From contig CAVWVI010000004.1 of assembly GCA_963758495.1 (NCBI GenBank), positions 384,001 through 448,000 on the forward strand: DNA of 64,000 nt, given 5' to 3'. Positions 10,086 to 18,352 of this stretch are shown piece by piece. This stretch comes from Oligoflexia bacterium (lineage in GTDB: Bacteria > Bdellovibrionota > UBA1018). How positions within the stretch are numbered: position 1 is the first letter of the stretch; each line of letters opens with the position of its first letter. Below the pieces are notes generated by a model. That model had not been told where the DNA came from. It saw nothing but the letters and a program-made list of their open reading frames with translations, and ran no database searches. The position numbers and the translations under genes were made by a program.

Positions 10086-11198
10086 TTAGACCTGAACTTC
10101 AGTGGCTAAAGGCAACTCACGGCACCCTTCCTGCGCAGAACGATAAGCTGCGGTGATGAGTTGAATGCACAAATAAGCTTCGCGAGCTTCTTTGCCAACA
10201 AAATCATTTTGCTCTATCGCTTTTCGAAATTGATCAAAGAGCGAATTAAACCAACTCACATGGCTGGCATCCATCCAATGAGAAGCAATGGAGCGTTTCT
10301 CAACATTCCATTTCACGGACCCTTGAGCTACATCCGGACCGTCAGTTTTCTCCATCATTGCTAATTGAAGATCATCATCATCTACTGTAATCGCTCCAAA
10401 CTCTCCTTGAACGGTATAAATCACTTTTCTAACACCTGCAGTCCAGGAAAGATAAGTATGAGCTAAACCATTAGGAAAAGTTAAAACTGTAGAAAAATTA
10501 TCTTCAGTATCATATCGATTGGGCTCTAAATTCGACATCTTAGCAGTAACAGCATGAGGATACCCCCCCATCCAATCAAATGTAAGATAAAAAGTATGAC
10601 TCCCATGATCCATGGCGATTCCACCGCCGCTATACTTCTTTTCCCGCCTCCAATGAGTTTTCCACTCTGTTACTCCTTTTGCATGAGTATTCCGGTAGGT
10701 ATTTAAAGTGAGAGATCTCACTTTGCCAATTTTACCGCTTTCAATGATTTCCCGGATTGCTGTCACTACAGGAGCATGCTTGTAATTATGACAAGGAAAA
10801 AGAACGCGTTGAGCTTGCTTGGCATGCTTTAAAAGCGCTCCAGCATCTTCAAGAGTCGTCGTCAGAGGTTTCTCACAGAGAACATGTAATCCCCGGTCCA
10901 AAGCCTCATGAGCAATCTGTGCATGGTCGCAAGGCGGGGTCGAAATATCAATAAAATCCAAATTTGAAGCTTCGGCGGTCAATAAAGCCCGATAATCTGA
11001 ATAAATACGAGCTTTCGGAAGAGCCTCTTGGGCTTGATTCCGCCTCGCCTCACAAAGGTCTGCTACAGCGACAATTTCTACATCTTTCTGCTCAGCGGAT
11101 CGCTGTAAGTATGCAGGAATATGGCCTTTACTAGAAATAAAGCCATAACCTACAAGTGCTCCCCTGAGAGGTCTTGAGGAATTTGACGAATGAATCAT
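10086..11198 (-). CDS. Gfo/Idh/MocA family oxidoreductase (inositol dehydrogenase-like)
   Basis: VGYGFIS Rossmann motif, HVLCEKP, GGGIAMDHGSH; GAGGT SD before ATG 11198. Confidence 0.9.
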   Translation of the reverse strand: MIHSSNSSRPLRGALVGYGFISSKGHIPAYLQRSAEQKDVEIVAVADLCEARRNQAQEALPKARIYSDYRALLTAEASNLDFIDISTPPCDHAQIAHEALDRGLHVLCEKPLTTTLEDAGALLKHAKQAQRVLFPCHNYKHAPVVTAIREIIESGKIGKVRSLTLNTYRNTHAKGVTEWKTHWRREKKYSGGGIAMDHGSHTFYLTFDWMGGYPHAVTAKMSNLEPNRYDTEDNFSTVLTFPNGLAHTYLSWTAGVRKVIYTVQGEFGAITVDDDDLQLAMMEKTDGPDVAQGSVKWNVEKRSIASHWMDASHVSWFNSLFDQFRKAIEQNDFVGKEAREAYLCIQLITAAYRSAQEGCRELPLATEVQV

Positions 11199-11263
11199 GT
11201 CTTCTTGTACCTCACGCTTTAAAAGCACTCAAGAACTCACGACATTTGTGTTAGAAAAAAGCC

Positions 11264-11575
11264 ATGAGTTTTATACCTACCCAAATTGAACCGTTTAGTC
11301 CTACAGAATTATTTGTTGCCTGGAATAATGGAGAAAAGTTCTCAGTCCCCTATGTTGAGCTTCGTTATTATTGTCCTTGTGCAGGTTGTGTGGATGAACA
11401 TACAGGCCAAAGAACGATTGAAAAGTCCTCTATCAATCCCGATATTCGGCCTACCGAAGTTCAAGTCGTGGGAAGATACGCCATCCATCTCACTTGGAGC
11501 GATGGGCACGCTACAGGAATCTTCCACTACGATCGAATCCGGGAGCTTTGCCAAAAACAGGGCAGAAGACTTTAG
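11264..11575 (+). CDS. DUF971 / GBBH-like N-terminal domain protein
   Basis: LRYYCPCAGC and VGRYAIHLTWSDGHATGIFHY motifs. Confidence 0.9.
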   Translation: MSFIPTQIEPFSPTELFVAWNNGEKFSVPYVELRYYCPCAGCVDEHTGQRTIEKSSINPDIRPTEVQVVGRYAIHLTWSDGHATGIFHYDRIRELCQKQGRRL

Positions 11576-11600
11576 CCTAAAAAGCATTTAGAATTGACGG

Positions 11601-12908
11601 ATGCGCTTTGAAAAAACGAGCTTTGAAAAGACGAATTTTGAAAATTCGATCCGGAGGCAATACGAAAACTTCCCGTACCCTCCCATTCCATTCTTTGCTT
11701 TACCTCAAAGAAACCAAGGTGAATCTCTCAAGTTTGAATTAGGTTACCCACTTGCCCAAAACAAACGAGCGAGTGAAAAGGTGGCATCGCATCAAGGAAT
11801 TCGAATTCTCGTTGCGGGTGCTGGAACCTTTGAGGCACTCATTATTGCTCAAGCCCACCCTTACGCCGGAGAAATTGTTGCCGTCGACCTAAGTGAGGCC
11901 TCTCTTACAACGCTCAAACGACGACTCCAGTTAGCACGAATTGCAAAGTTTCCATTTAAGCTGCCCCCTGTTCGTCTCATTCGTGCAGATTTAATAGAAT
12001 GGCTCACGTCTCTCGGTTCAAATGAAAAATTTGACTATATTCTTGCTTCAAATGTCCTTCATCATACTCAGGACCCTGGCCAATTGATGATGGCGCTCGC
12101 CAACCGGCTTAAACTCGACGGCTTGATGCGGGTCGTGACTTATCCAAAAGCGAGTCGAATTTGGATGAGAGAGACATCAAAGTGGCTGAGGCTCGGGGGA
12201 TTAAATCCTCATCATGCGAGACCGAATCAGCAACTGGTCCGGCAAGCTCAACAACGGATTCAAAAACTCCCTCCTCATCATTTCATCCGCTCTTGCTTTG
12301 ACAGTCAGCCAGAAAAAACCACTGCCACTGGAATTATTGATGCTTTTTTAAATGCCTGCGAGAACCCTTACAGCCCATTGGAATGGAGAGCTGCAAGTCA
12401 AAATGCGGGTCTGACCTGGATAGGTGAAACACAAACAGAGAGTTCGAGGTCTTCGTTTCTAGATGAAATCGCTCCAGAACTTCAAAGCTATGACCCTTGG
12501 ATCAAGCTTCAAATTCTAGATGATTTACTGGAGATCTGCGCGAATCCGATTTTGTGGTTTAAGAAAGATTTAGATCTCTCCCGACCTCCCCGCTGTCACT
12601 CATCAGTTCAGCCACCCCTTCCAGATCTCCCTTCCCCAGATCACTATTCCTCTCTTGAAATTCCTTCTCATGTTTACTGGGAGATGAAACAGAATCTCAT
12701 ACGTGTCCAAGCTCTTTTACAGAATTCAACACTGACACTTGAAACGCTTTTTCTTCGGTTGAAAACTCAAGTCGGACCTCGCGTCGATCCAAAAAATCCA
12801 AATCGAATATTACCAGGACTTGCCTTAAGTGATTACGATCTCAATAGGATTCTCGACACTTGTGATCCTCATGGTTCTAATATAGAACTGCGCGCAAAGG
12901 ATAGGTAG
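11601..12908 (+). CDS. class I SAM-dependent methyltransferase
   Basis: QYENFPYP, RILVAGAGT, IVAVDLSEASL, FDYILASNVLHHTQDP, LKLDG. Confidence 0.85.
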   Translation: MRFEKTSFEKTNFENSIRRQYENFPYPPIPFFALPQRNQGESLKFELGYPLAQNKRASEKVASHQGIRILVAGAGTFEALIIAQAHPYAGEIVAVDLSEASLTTLKRRLQLARIAKFPFKLPPVRLIRADLIEWLTSLGSNEKFDYILASNVLHHTQDPGQLMMALANRLKLDGLMRVVTYPKASRIWMRETSKWLRLGGLNPHHARPNQQLVRQAQQRIQKLPPHHFIRSCFDSQPEKTTATGIIDAFLNACENPYSPLEWRAASQNAGLTWIGETQTESSRSSFLDEIAPELQSYDPWIKLQILDDLLEICANPILWFKKDLDLSRPPRCHSSVQPPLPDLPSPDHYSSLEIPSHVYWEMKQNLIRVQALLQNSTLTLETLFLRLKTQVGPRVDPKNPNRILPGLALSDYDLNRILDTCDPHGSNIELRAKDR

Positions 12909-12927
12909 ATTGCGAATGAGGAATGGT

Positions 12928-13863
12928 ATGAAATTAATTAAATTTAATAGTTTGTCGTTGGTCATATTATCGATCTTTGCTTTTCAGGAAGCAATGGCGT
13001 TACCCCTGTATCCCATTCCACACAACCCAAAATCTTCGAGTTATGATGAACCACCCCCAAGCTACGATGAAATTTTTGGCCGTGCCCGGTCAGAGTTAGA
13101 GGAGATCCAATGTCCAGACGGGTACATTCTGGTACCCGGAAATCCACTGTATAGTACTCCAATTTCTGGCAAGGATTTTTGCGTCATGAAGTACGAAGCA
13201 TCGAGGTCGAGCCTGTTTAGCAGAAGAATGAAAGCCGTGTCTGTGAAAAAGGCACCCTGGGTAAACGTGAATCGTGCCGAGGCGGAAGCTGCGTGCGAAG
13301 CTAATGGAGTAGGATATCACCTGATCACGAATTCGGAATGGATGACCATTGCAAGAAATATTGAAGCCACACCAGCAAACTGGAGCGGCGGAAGAATTGG
13401 GGAAGGATTTCTACCCAGGGGGAACAGTTCTTTTGATTCTGCTTTAACGCCCGGTAACGATGAGAATCCCTATTTTGGGATATTGTACCATAATGATGAT
13501 TGGACCTATAAGAGGACCCATGAGTTAAGCAACGGAGAAGTCATCTGGGATATGGCAGGAAACGTATTAGAATGGGTATCGGATAATCTAGGGACAGGGC
13601 AGCATAAAATGCAAGAATATAGCAATGAGACCCACTTTTCACGTGAAGGCGAAGCTAGGAACCGAGTCCTTTTTGCGCCAAATGGGAATTATAACTCAAC
13701 ACAAAATGTGGGCATGATCTACATGTCAAATAACGGGGCCGCCCTGCGGGGTGGTTACTGGGCCAATGGTATGGGCACTGGGGTCTTCGCTGCGGATCTG
13801 AACTATTCCGCATCTGCCTCGCTCAGCCATATCGGGTTCCGCTGTGCCTACACACCACAGTAG
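12928..13863 (+). CDS. secreted SUMF1/FGE-sulfatase (C-type-lectin fold) domain protein
   Basis: Signal peptide; CPDGYILVPG, FCVMKYEA, PWVNVNRAEAEAAC, HLITNSEW, WDMAGNVLEW, RGGYW...IGFRC. Confidence 0.88.
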   Translation: MKLIKFNSLSLVILSIFAFQEAMALPLYPIPHNPKSSSYDEPPPSYDEIFGRARSELEEIQCPDGYILVPGNPLYSTPISGKDFCVMKYEASRSSLFSRRMKAVSVKKAPWVNVNRAEAEAACEANGVGYHLITNSEWMTIARNIEATPANWSGGRIGEGFLPRGNSSFDSALTPGNDENPYFGILYHNDDWTYKRTHELSNGEVIWDMAGNVLEWVSDNLGTGQHKMQEYSNETHFSREGEARNRVLFAPNGNYNSTQNVGMIYMSNNGAALRGGYWANGMGTGVFAADLNYSASASLSHIGFRCAYTPQ

Positions 13864-13925
13864 AACTAGTATTTGCCAATTCAATAGCCTGGTGGCTGGA
13901 AGTTAGAAGTAAAAAATATCGCGAG

Positions 13926-15434
13926 CTAACGCAACTCAACCACACACCGAACAGCTTCTCTTTTACTCCGAAGCTCGCCGTCGATAGTGCCTTTATTACC
14001 ATTGAAGCCATAAGCGTAGTCAGGATGAAATGGATTGACTGTTGACGACCAAAAGAAATGACTCATCATATCAAGGGCGCTATTACGATCATAATAAAGA
14101 GGAGCCCCCATCTCTCTTGCTAAAACTTCATACTCTTCTCGAGTAGGCAACCTTGCTCCTCCCCCCAAATCTTGGCAAAATCGCTCTGCCGTAAGGTAAT
14201 TCATCTTTTGCACAACTCTATGACCGATACCCAACAAACCTTTACGCTTGACAGTCCCACTCCAAATCACGTGATCTCCCCGATACATCTTTCCGAGCTT
14301 AGCAAACGAGGAATTCACTCGAGCATCATTTTCCACGACTCGGGTTTCCTGCAGGACCCCAACGTTATTCTTTTTAATTTCAAGAACTGAAATTTTGTGT
14401 TGACTGTCTACAAGTCCGCGGGAGAGCGCCACATCGATACGCCAAACACCCCCATGACAGGCACTATTCATTGTCTTTTGTATAGTATGACCTATGACCA
14501 TACGTTTCACCCGAAGTGAGGTCAGCACTTCTGCTAAGGAATCACAGGTTTGCTGACTGAGTGGTTGAGCAGAATAGGTTCTATCGGTTAAGATTCGATC
14601 CACTGGAGAAAGCTCTCCACCTCTTTTTTTACTCATCAACGTTTCTATATCGAGGTGAATTTTTCCTAGCATCCATTGTTTTGTTTCATCAATCGACTTA
14701 AGAAGGTCTGAGTTTAAAAACTCAGGAGTAATACCACCGTGCACAAACACGGTATCATTCACGATAATAAACATAGGTCTTTCACCTAAAACCTTGGCAT
14801 AGTAAGACCCCGGAGAAAACGCATAGGCGCGCTGATAGACACCAGGATCACTGGGATTTACACTTTGCAAGTGATTGATCCCAACTACATAATTTGGGTT
14901 CGGCATAAAATCCTGAAAGAAGGAAGGCGGTTTCCAACCGCTTGGAACTTGGATATCCAAAAATGCCTTGAATGACTCGGGTTTAACAACCCAAAATAAA
15001 CTCTCAACATTCATAAGCTCATGATTACCGTTCAATGAAATGAGCCTTCCCCCGTTTGCCTCAGCTTCACTTTGTAGCCTTGAGAATAAATCTAACACAG
15101 CGCGATCATCGTCCCATCTGTCAATTTGATCCCCAGTCTGTACAACGACTAGATTTCCCCCAATCCAATGATTTTTGTCATCGATGGCACCTGCTAATCG
15201 TAGAGCCTTTTCGGCTGCGTCAAGGTCGCCATGAATATCTCCAATAGCCACCACTCTCCCTGGGGCCGCAATACGAAATGCATTATATGGATCGGTGGGA
15301 TCGGTAACTGAGGATGGTGTACGAGCATTGTCAGTTAAAGTGCTCCCTGTTTGACATCCATTAAAAAGGAGCAACAAAAGTGCATATTGAAAAAATACGA
15401 AGGAGTATTTCCTTAGAGGGAAAATGGTTTGCAT
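13926..15434 (-). CDS. lipoprotein: calcineurin-like metallophosphoesterase (Shewanella-like phosphatase type) with C-terminal DUF1566-like domain
   Basis: LFNGC lipobox; GDIHGD, VQTGDQIDR, GNHELMN, FVHGG, MVIGHT, RIDV; C-terminus AERFC..GARLPTREE..FWSS..AVRCV. Confidence 0.85.
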   Translation of the reverse strand: MQTIFPLRKYSFVFFQYALLLLLFNGCQTGSTLTDNARTPSSVTDPTDPYNAFRIAAPGRVVAIGDIHGDLDAAEKALRLAGAIDDKNHWIGGNLVVVQTGDQIDRWDDDRAVLDLFSRLQSEAEANGGRLISLNGNHELMNVESLFWVVKPESFKAFLDIQVPSGWKPPSFFQDFMPNPNYVVGINHLQSVNPSDPGVYQRAYAFSPGSYYAKVLGERPMFIIVNDTVFVHGGITPEFLNSDLLKSIDETKQWMLGKIHLDIETLMSKKRGGELSPVDRILTDRTYSAQPLSQQTCDSLAEVLTSLRVKRMVIGHTIQKTMNSACHGGVWRIDVALSRGLVDSQHKISVLEIKKNNVGVLQETRVVENDARVNSSFAKLGKMYRGDHVIWSGTVKRKGLLGIGHRVVQKMNYLTAERFCQDLGGGARLPTREEYEVLAREMGAPLYYDRNSALDMMSHFFWSSTVNPFHPDYAYGFNGNKGTIDGELRSKREAVRCVVELR

Positions 15435-15674
15435 AAAAATAGTGTAACAGGGGTCAATATTTTTAAAACCTTAAACCGTCTCCAGCGTGGGCCGAATAAG
15501 TAGACCATTTAAACAGAAAGAGCATAGTCAAATAAAATAAGACGGACTCCCGCTTAAACAATGATGTGAATTTCATCCATCCTCACAAAGACAATTCCAT
15601 ATTGGAATAGCCTCATCTGTTTTATTCATCCAAAGCAGCTCCAGCTCCATTCGCCGACTCTTAGCCCAGGCAGC

Positions 15675-16025
15675 TTAAGATGAGGAAGAAGAAGATGCGG
15701 AAGGAGAAGATGGGGATGAAGAAGATGCCTGAGACACCGAGGAAGTCGCTGGCGCTGAAGCTGCTTTCGACTCAGCCTTCGGAGTCGCGGGAGCCGTACT
15801 AGAATCAACACCTACCTTCGATTCCGCTTGAGATGGGGGCGTAGGAGCGCGCTTATAATCGGTCGTATACCAGCCGCTCCCCTTCAGGGCAAAGGAACTT
15901 AAGCTAACTAGTTTACTAAGCGACCCTTGACAATCCGGGCAATTCTCAAGAGGCGCGTCTGAGAATTTTTGAATCACTTCATGAACTTTTTCGCAACTGG
16001 AACATCTGTACTCATACAATGGCAT
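15675..16025 (-). CDS. FmdB family zinc-ribbon protein
   Basis: MPLYEYRCSSC...CPDC...FALKGSGWYTTDY with Ser/Ala-rich tail. Confidence 0.93.
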   Translation of the reverse strand: MPLYEYRCSSCEKVHEVIQKFSDAPLENCPDCQGSLSKLVSLSSFALKGSGWYTTDYKRAPTPPSQAESKVGVDSSTAPATPKAESKAASAPATSSVSQASSSSPSSPSASSSSSS

Positions 16026-16114
16026 ATTTTACAAAAATGGTGATGACCTCCGTTCTGTCAATAGACCGCCGTCTCTTTCTCATGTAAGGTAGCAAAATAA
16101 GGAACCATAAAGTA

Positions 16115-17110
16115 ATGAGCACACCCAATCTGAGCCCTATTTCTACTCCGTTTACCCAACTTTTGAGTTGTAATTTCCCCATTATTGCAGGACCGATGTT
16201 CCTTGTCAGTAATGTGAATCTAGTCTCAGCCGTGAGCGAGGCCGGTGGTCTGGGTGCAATGCCTTCTCTGAATTGGAGAACCACGGAAGAATTTAGGAGT
16301 GTAGTTCAGGCGGTTAAAGCGAAAACAAAAAAACCATTTGCAGTGAATTTGATCGTCAATCAAGCCAACCCACGGCAAGCTGCGGATTTGGAAGTATGCG
16401 CTCAAGAACGCGTCCCCCTCGTCATTACTTCATTGGGAAGTCCAAAAGAGACCATCCGAAAAATGCATGAAGTCGGATGCAAAGTATTTTGCGATATCAC
16501 AACACTTGAATATGGGAAAAAAGTTCAAGATCTCGGTGCAGATGGTGTCATCGCTGTCTCTGCCGGCGCAGGAGGACATGCAGGTCCCATTTCTCCTTTA
16601 GTCCTCATACCCTACCTTAAAAAGCACCTCACCATCCCAATTGTAGCCGCAGGAGGAATTGCTACCGGAGAACAAATCGCAGCAGCAATCCTCTTGGGAG
16701 CTTCAGCAGTCCAAATTGGGACCCGGTTTATTGCAAGCGAAGAAAGTACTGTCGATGACGCTTATAAAAAGGCTATTTTGGATTCTGACCCGGAAGACAT
16801 TGTTTTAACCAAAAAGATTTCTGGAACACCTGCCGCGGTCATCAACACCCCTTATATTCAAAAACAAGGATTAGAGCTGAATCCAGTTGAAGCATTCTTG
16901 TTTAAAAATCCTCAAACTAAGAAATATATGAAAATGCTTCGAGCCTACGTTGGCGCGAAAGCCCTCGAAAAAGCGGTGCAGGCGCCCACCTGGAAAGAAG
17001 TCTGGAGCGCAGGTCAAGGCGTGGGACTCATTGCCGATATTCTTCCCGCCGCAAAGATTGTGGATCGTCTTGTTGAGGAATACCACCAAGCTTGCAAAAG
17101 TTTGCTTTAG
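16115..17110 (+). CDS. nitronate monooxygenase / FabK-like flavin oxidoreductase
   Basis: PIIAGPMFLVS, AGGLG, AGAGGHAG, PIVAAGGI, VQIGTRFIASEES, WSAGQGVG. Confidence 0.92.
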   Translation: MSTPNLSPISTPFTQLLSCNFPIIAGPMFLVSNVNLVSAVSEAGGLGAMPSLNWRTTEEFRSVVQAVKAKTKKPFAVNLIVNQANPRQAADLEVCAQERVPLVITSLGSPKETIRKMHEVGCKVFCDITTLEYGKKVQDLGADGVIAVSAGAGGHAGPISPLVLIPYLKKHLTIPIVAAGGIATGEQIAAAILLGASAVQIGTRFIASEESTVDDAYKKAILDSDPEDIVLTKKISGTPAAVINTPYIQKQGLELNPVEAFLFKNPQTKKYMKMLRAYVGAKALEKAVQAPTWKEVWSAGQGVGLIADILPAAKIVDRLVEEYHQACKSLL

Positions 17111-17156
17111 AAATGTTGAAAAAATAACTTAATTGTATGAGCTACTTACGAAGCAC

Positions 17157-17199
17157 AGAATAATATTATATTTTATATAGATAAATATAATATTATTCT
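17157..17199. repeat. perfect 17-bp AT-rich inverted repeat
   Basis: AGAATAATATTATATTT (17157-17173) / AAATATAATATTATTCT (17183-17199), 9-nt loop. Confidence 0.8.
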
Positions 17200-17266
17200 T
17201 GCAAAAATACTCTCACAATGCGAAATTAGCCAACCTTATTCAATAGGGCACTTAGAACACATTGAA

Positions 17267-18274
17267 ATGGAGACGAGTTATTTTATGCTATATTCTAGAT
17301 CTTTTCTTTCCTTGCTAAGGCAGTCAACAAAAATTCTTTCAGGAATTTTTGTTCTTGGCGCCCTCACACACCCCCTAAAAGCATGGAGTTGCGGTAGCGC
17401 ACAAATGCATGCTCCCACGCAACAGCCACATCAAACTACCCAACAAAATACTGTCGCTTCGCAGCCCATTCGACCAGTTTATAATACCCAACCCAACTCC
17501 CAATTCGTTAGGCAACCCGTTCAAGCACCTCTTATTTATTATCCTGCAACGACGCCTTACTATTCTGCAACGACTCCTTATTATCCCGGAACAGCTCCTG
17601 CTATTGTCCCCAGTCACAATCCACAGACAATTGCTCCACCCCACTATAGTCAGCCCTTTGCACTTCCAGCAAACATTGAAAAAGAGCCCATGCTTCTTTT
17701 AGATACCACTGGATCCATGCAGGAAAGAAATTCGCCGAACGACCCACAAGAACGACTTGAAATTGTTCGTAAGGCAATTAAATCGATTGTGAAAACTCTC
17801 AAAGAACACGACTCACAAGCCATCAATGAAAGTGGAGACGAGGGCGGACTCCGTACGATTACATTTGCAGGTAACCATGCAAAAGACATCGGTGATTTGA
17901 ATTTAGAAAATTTGACAGACAAATGGGATCAAATTGATTGGAGCGGGTCTACTTGGATTATGCCAGGCTGGGATAAACTCATTGAGACCTACGAAGATGA
18001 ATTCGGCACCGGTCCAAACCGTCCTAAATTGATGGCCCTTGTGATTACAGATGGTGAAGCTTTAGATTCGCATGTCTTTGTGGATGCACTCGATCAATCC
18101 CCAGACGCATACGTCACTATCGCCTTGCTAGGATATGGAAAAGCACATGATGATGCTTTGAGAAGCTTCAAAAAGCTTTATGAACACCATCCAGAACGCG
18201 TGCGACTCCTTTCATTTGAATCTGAAACAGACCCAAGGGTGATCTCATCTGCGCTCATTCAAATGATTCAATAA
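17267..18274 (+). CDS. secreted vWA-domain protein with Pro/Gln/Tyr-rich linker
   Basis: MIDAS-like LLLDTTGSM, GSTWI, ALVITDGEALD; hydrophobic N-terminus. Confidence 0.8.
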   Translation: METSYFMLYSRSFLSLLRQSTKILSGIFVLGALTHPLKAWSCGSAQMHAPTQQPHQTTQQNTVASQPIRPVYNTQPNSQFVRQPVQAPLIYYPATTPYYSATTPYYPGTAPAIVPSHNPQTIAPPHYSQPFALPANIEKEPMLLLDTTGSMQERNSPNDPQERLEIVRKAIKSIVKTLKEHDSQAINESGDEGGLRTITFAGNHAKDIGDLNLENLTDKWDQIDWSGSTWIMPGWDKLIETYEDEFGTGPNRPKLMALVITDGEALDSHVFVDALDQSPDAYVTIALLGYGKAHDDALRSFKKLYEHHPERVRLLSFESETDPRVISSALIQMIQ

Positions 18275-18281
18275 TTCATGA

Positions 18282-18309
18282 ACCTCCCGTGCTTGCGCGG
18301 GAGGTCTTT
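18282..18309 (+). terminator. probable intrinsic terminator
   Basis: ACCTCCCGTGC-TT-GCGCGGGAGGT hairpin then CTTT, just after the vWA stop codon. Confidence 0.6.
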
Positions 18310-18352
18310 GCTAAACTTGCCATAATTGTCGCGACGTATTAAATCTTTCTTT

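Noticed and set aside
12928..15434. Complete DGR or retron locus
   Set aside because: No reverse transcriptase, avd gene or template repeat found in the window; only target-like genes are supported
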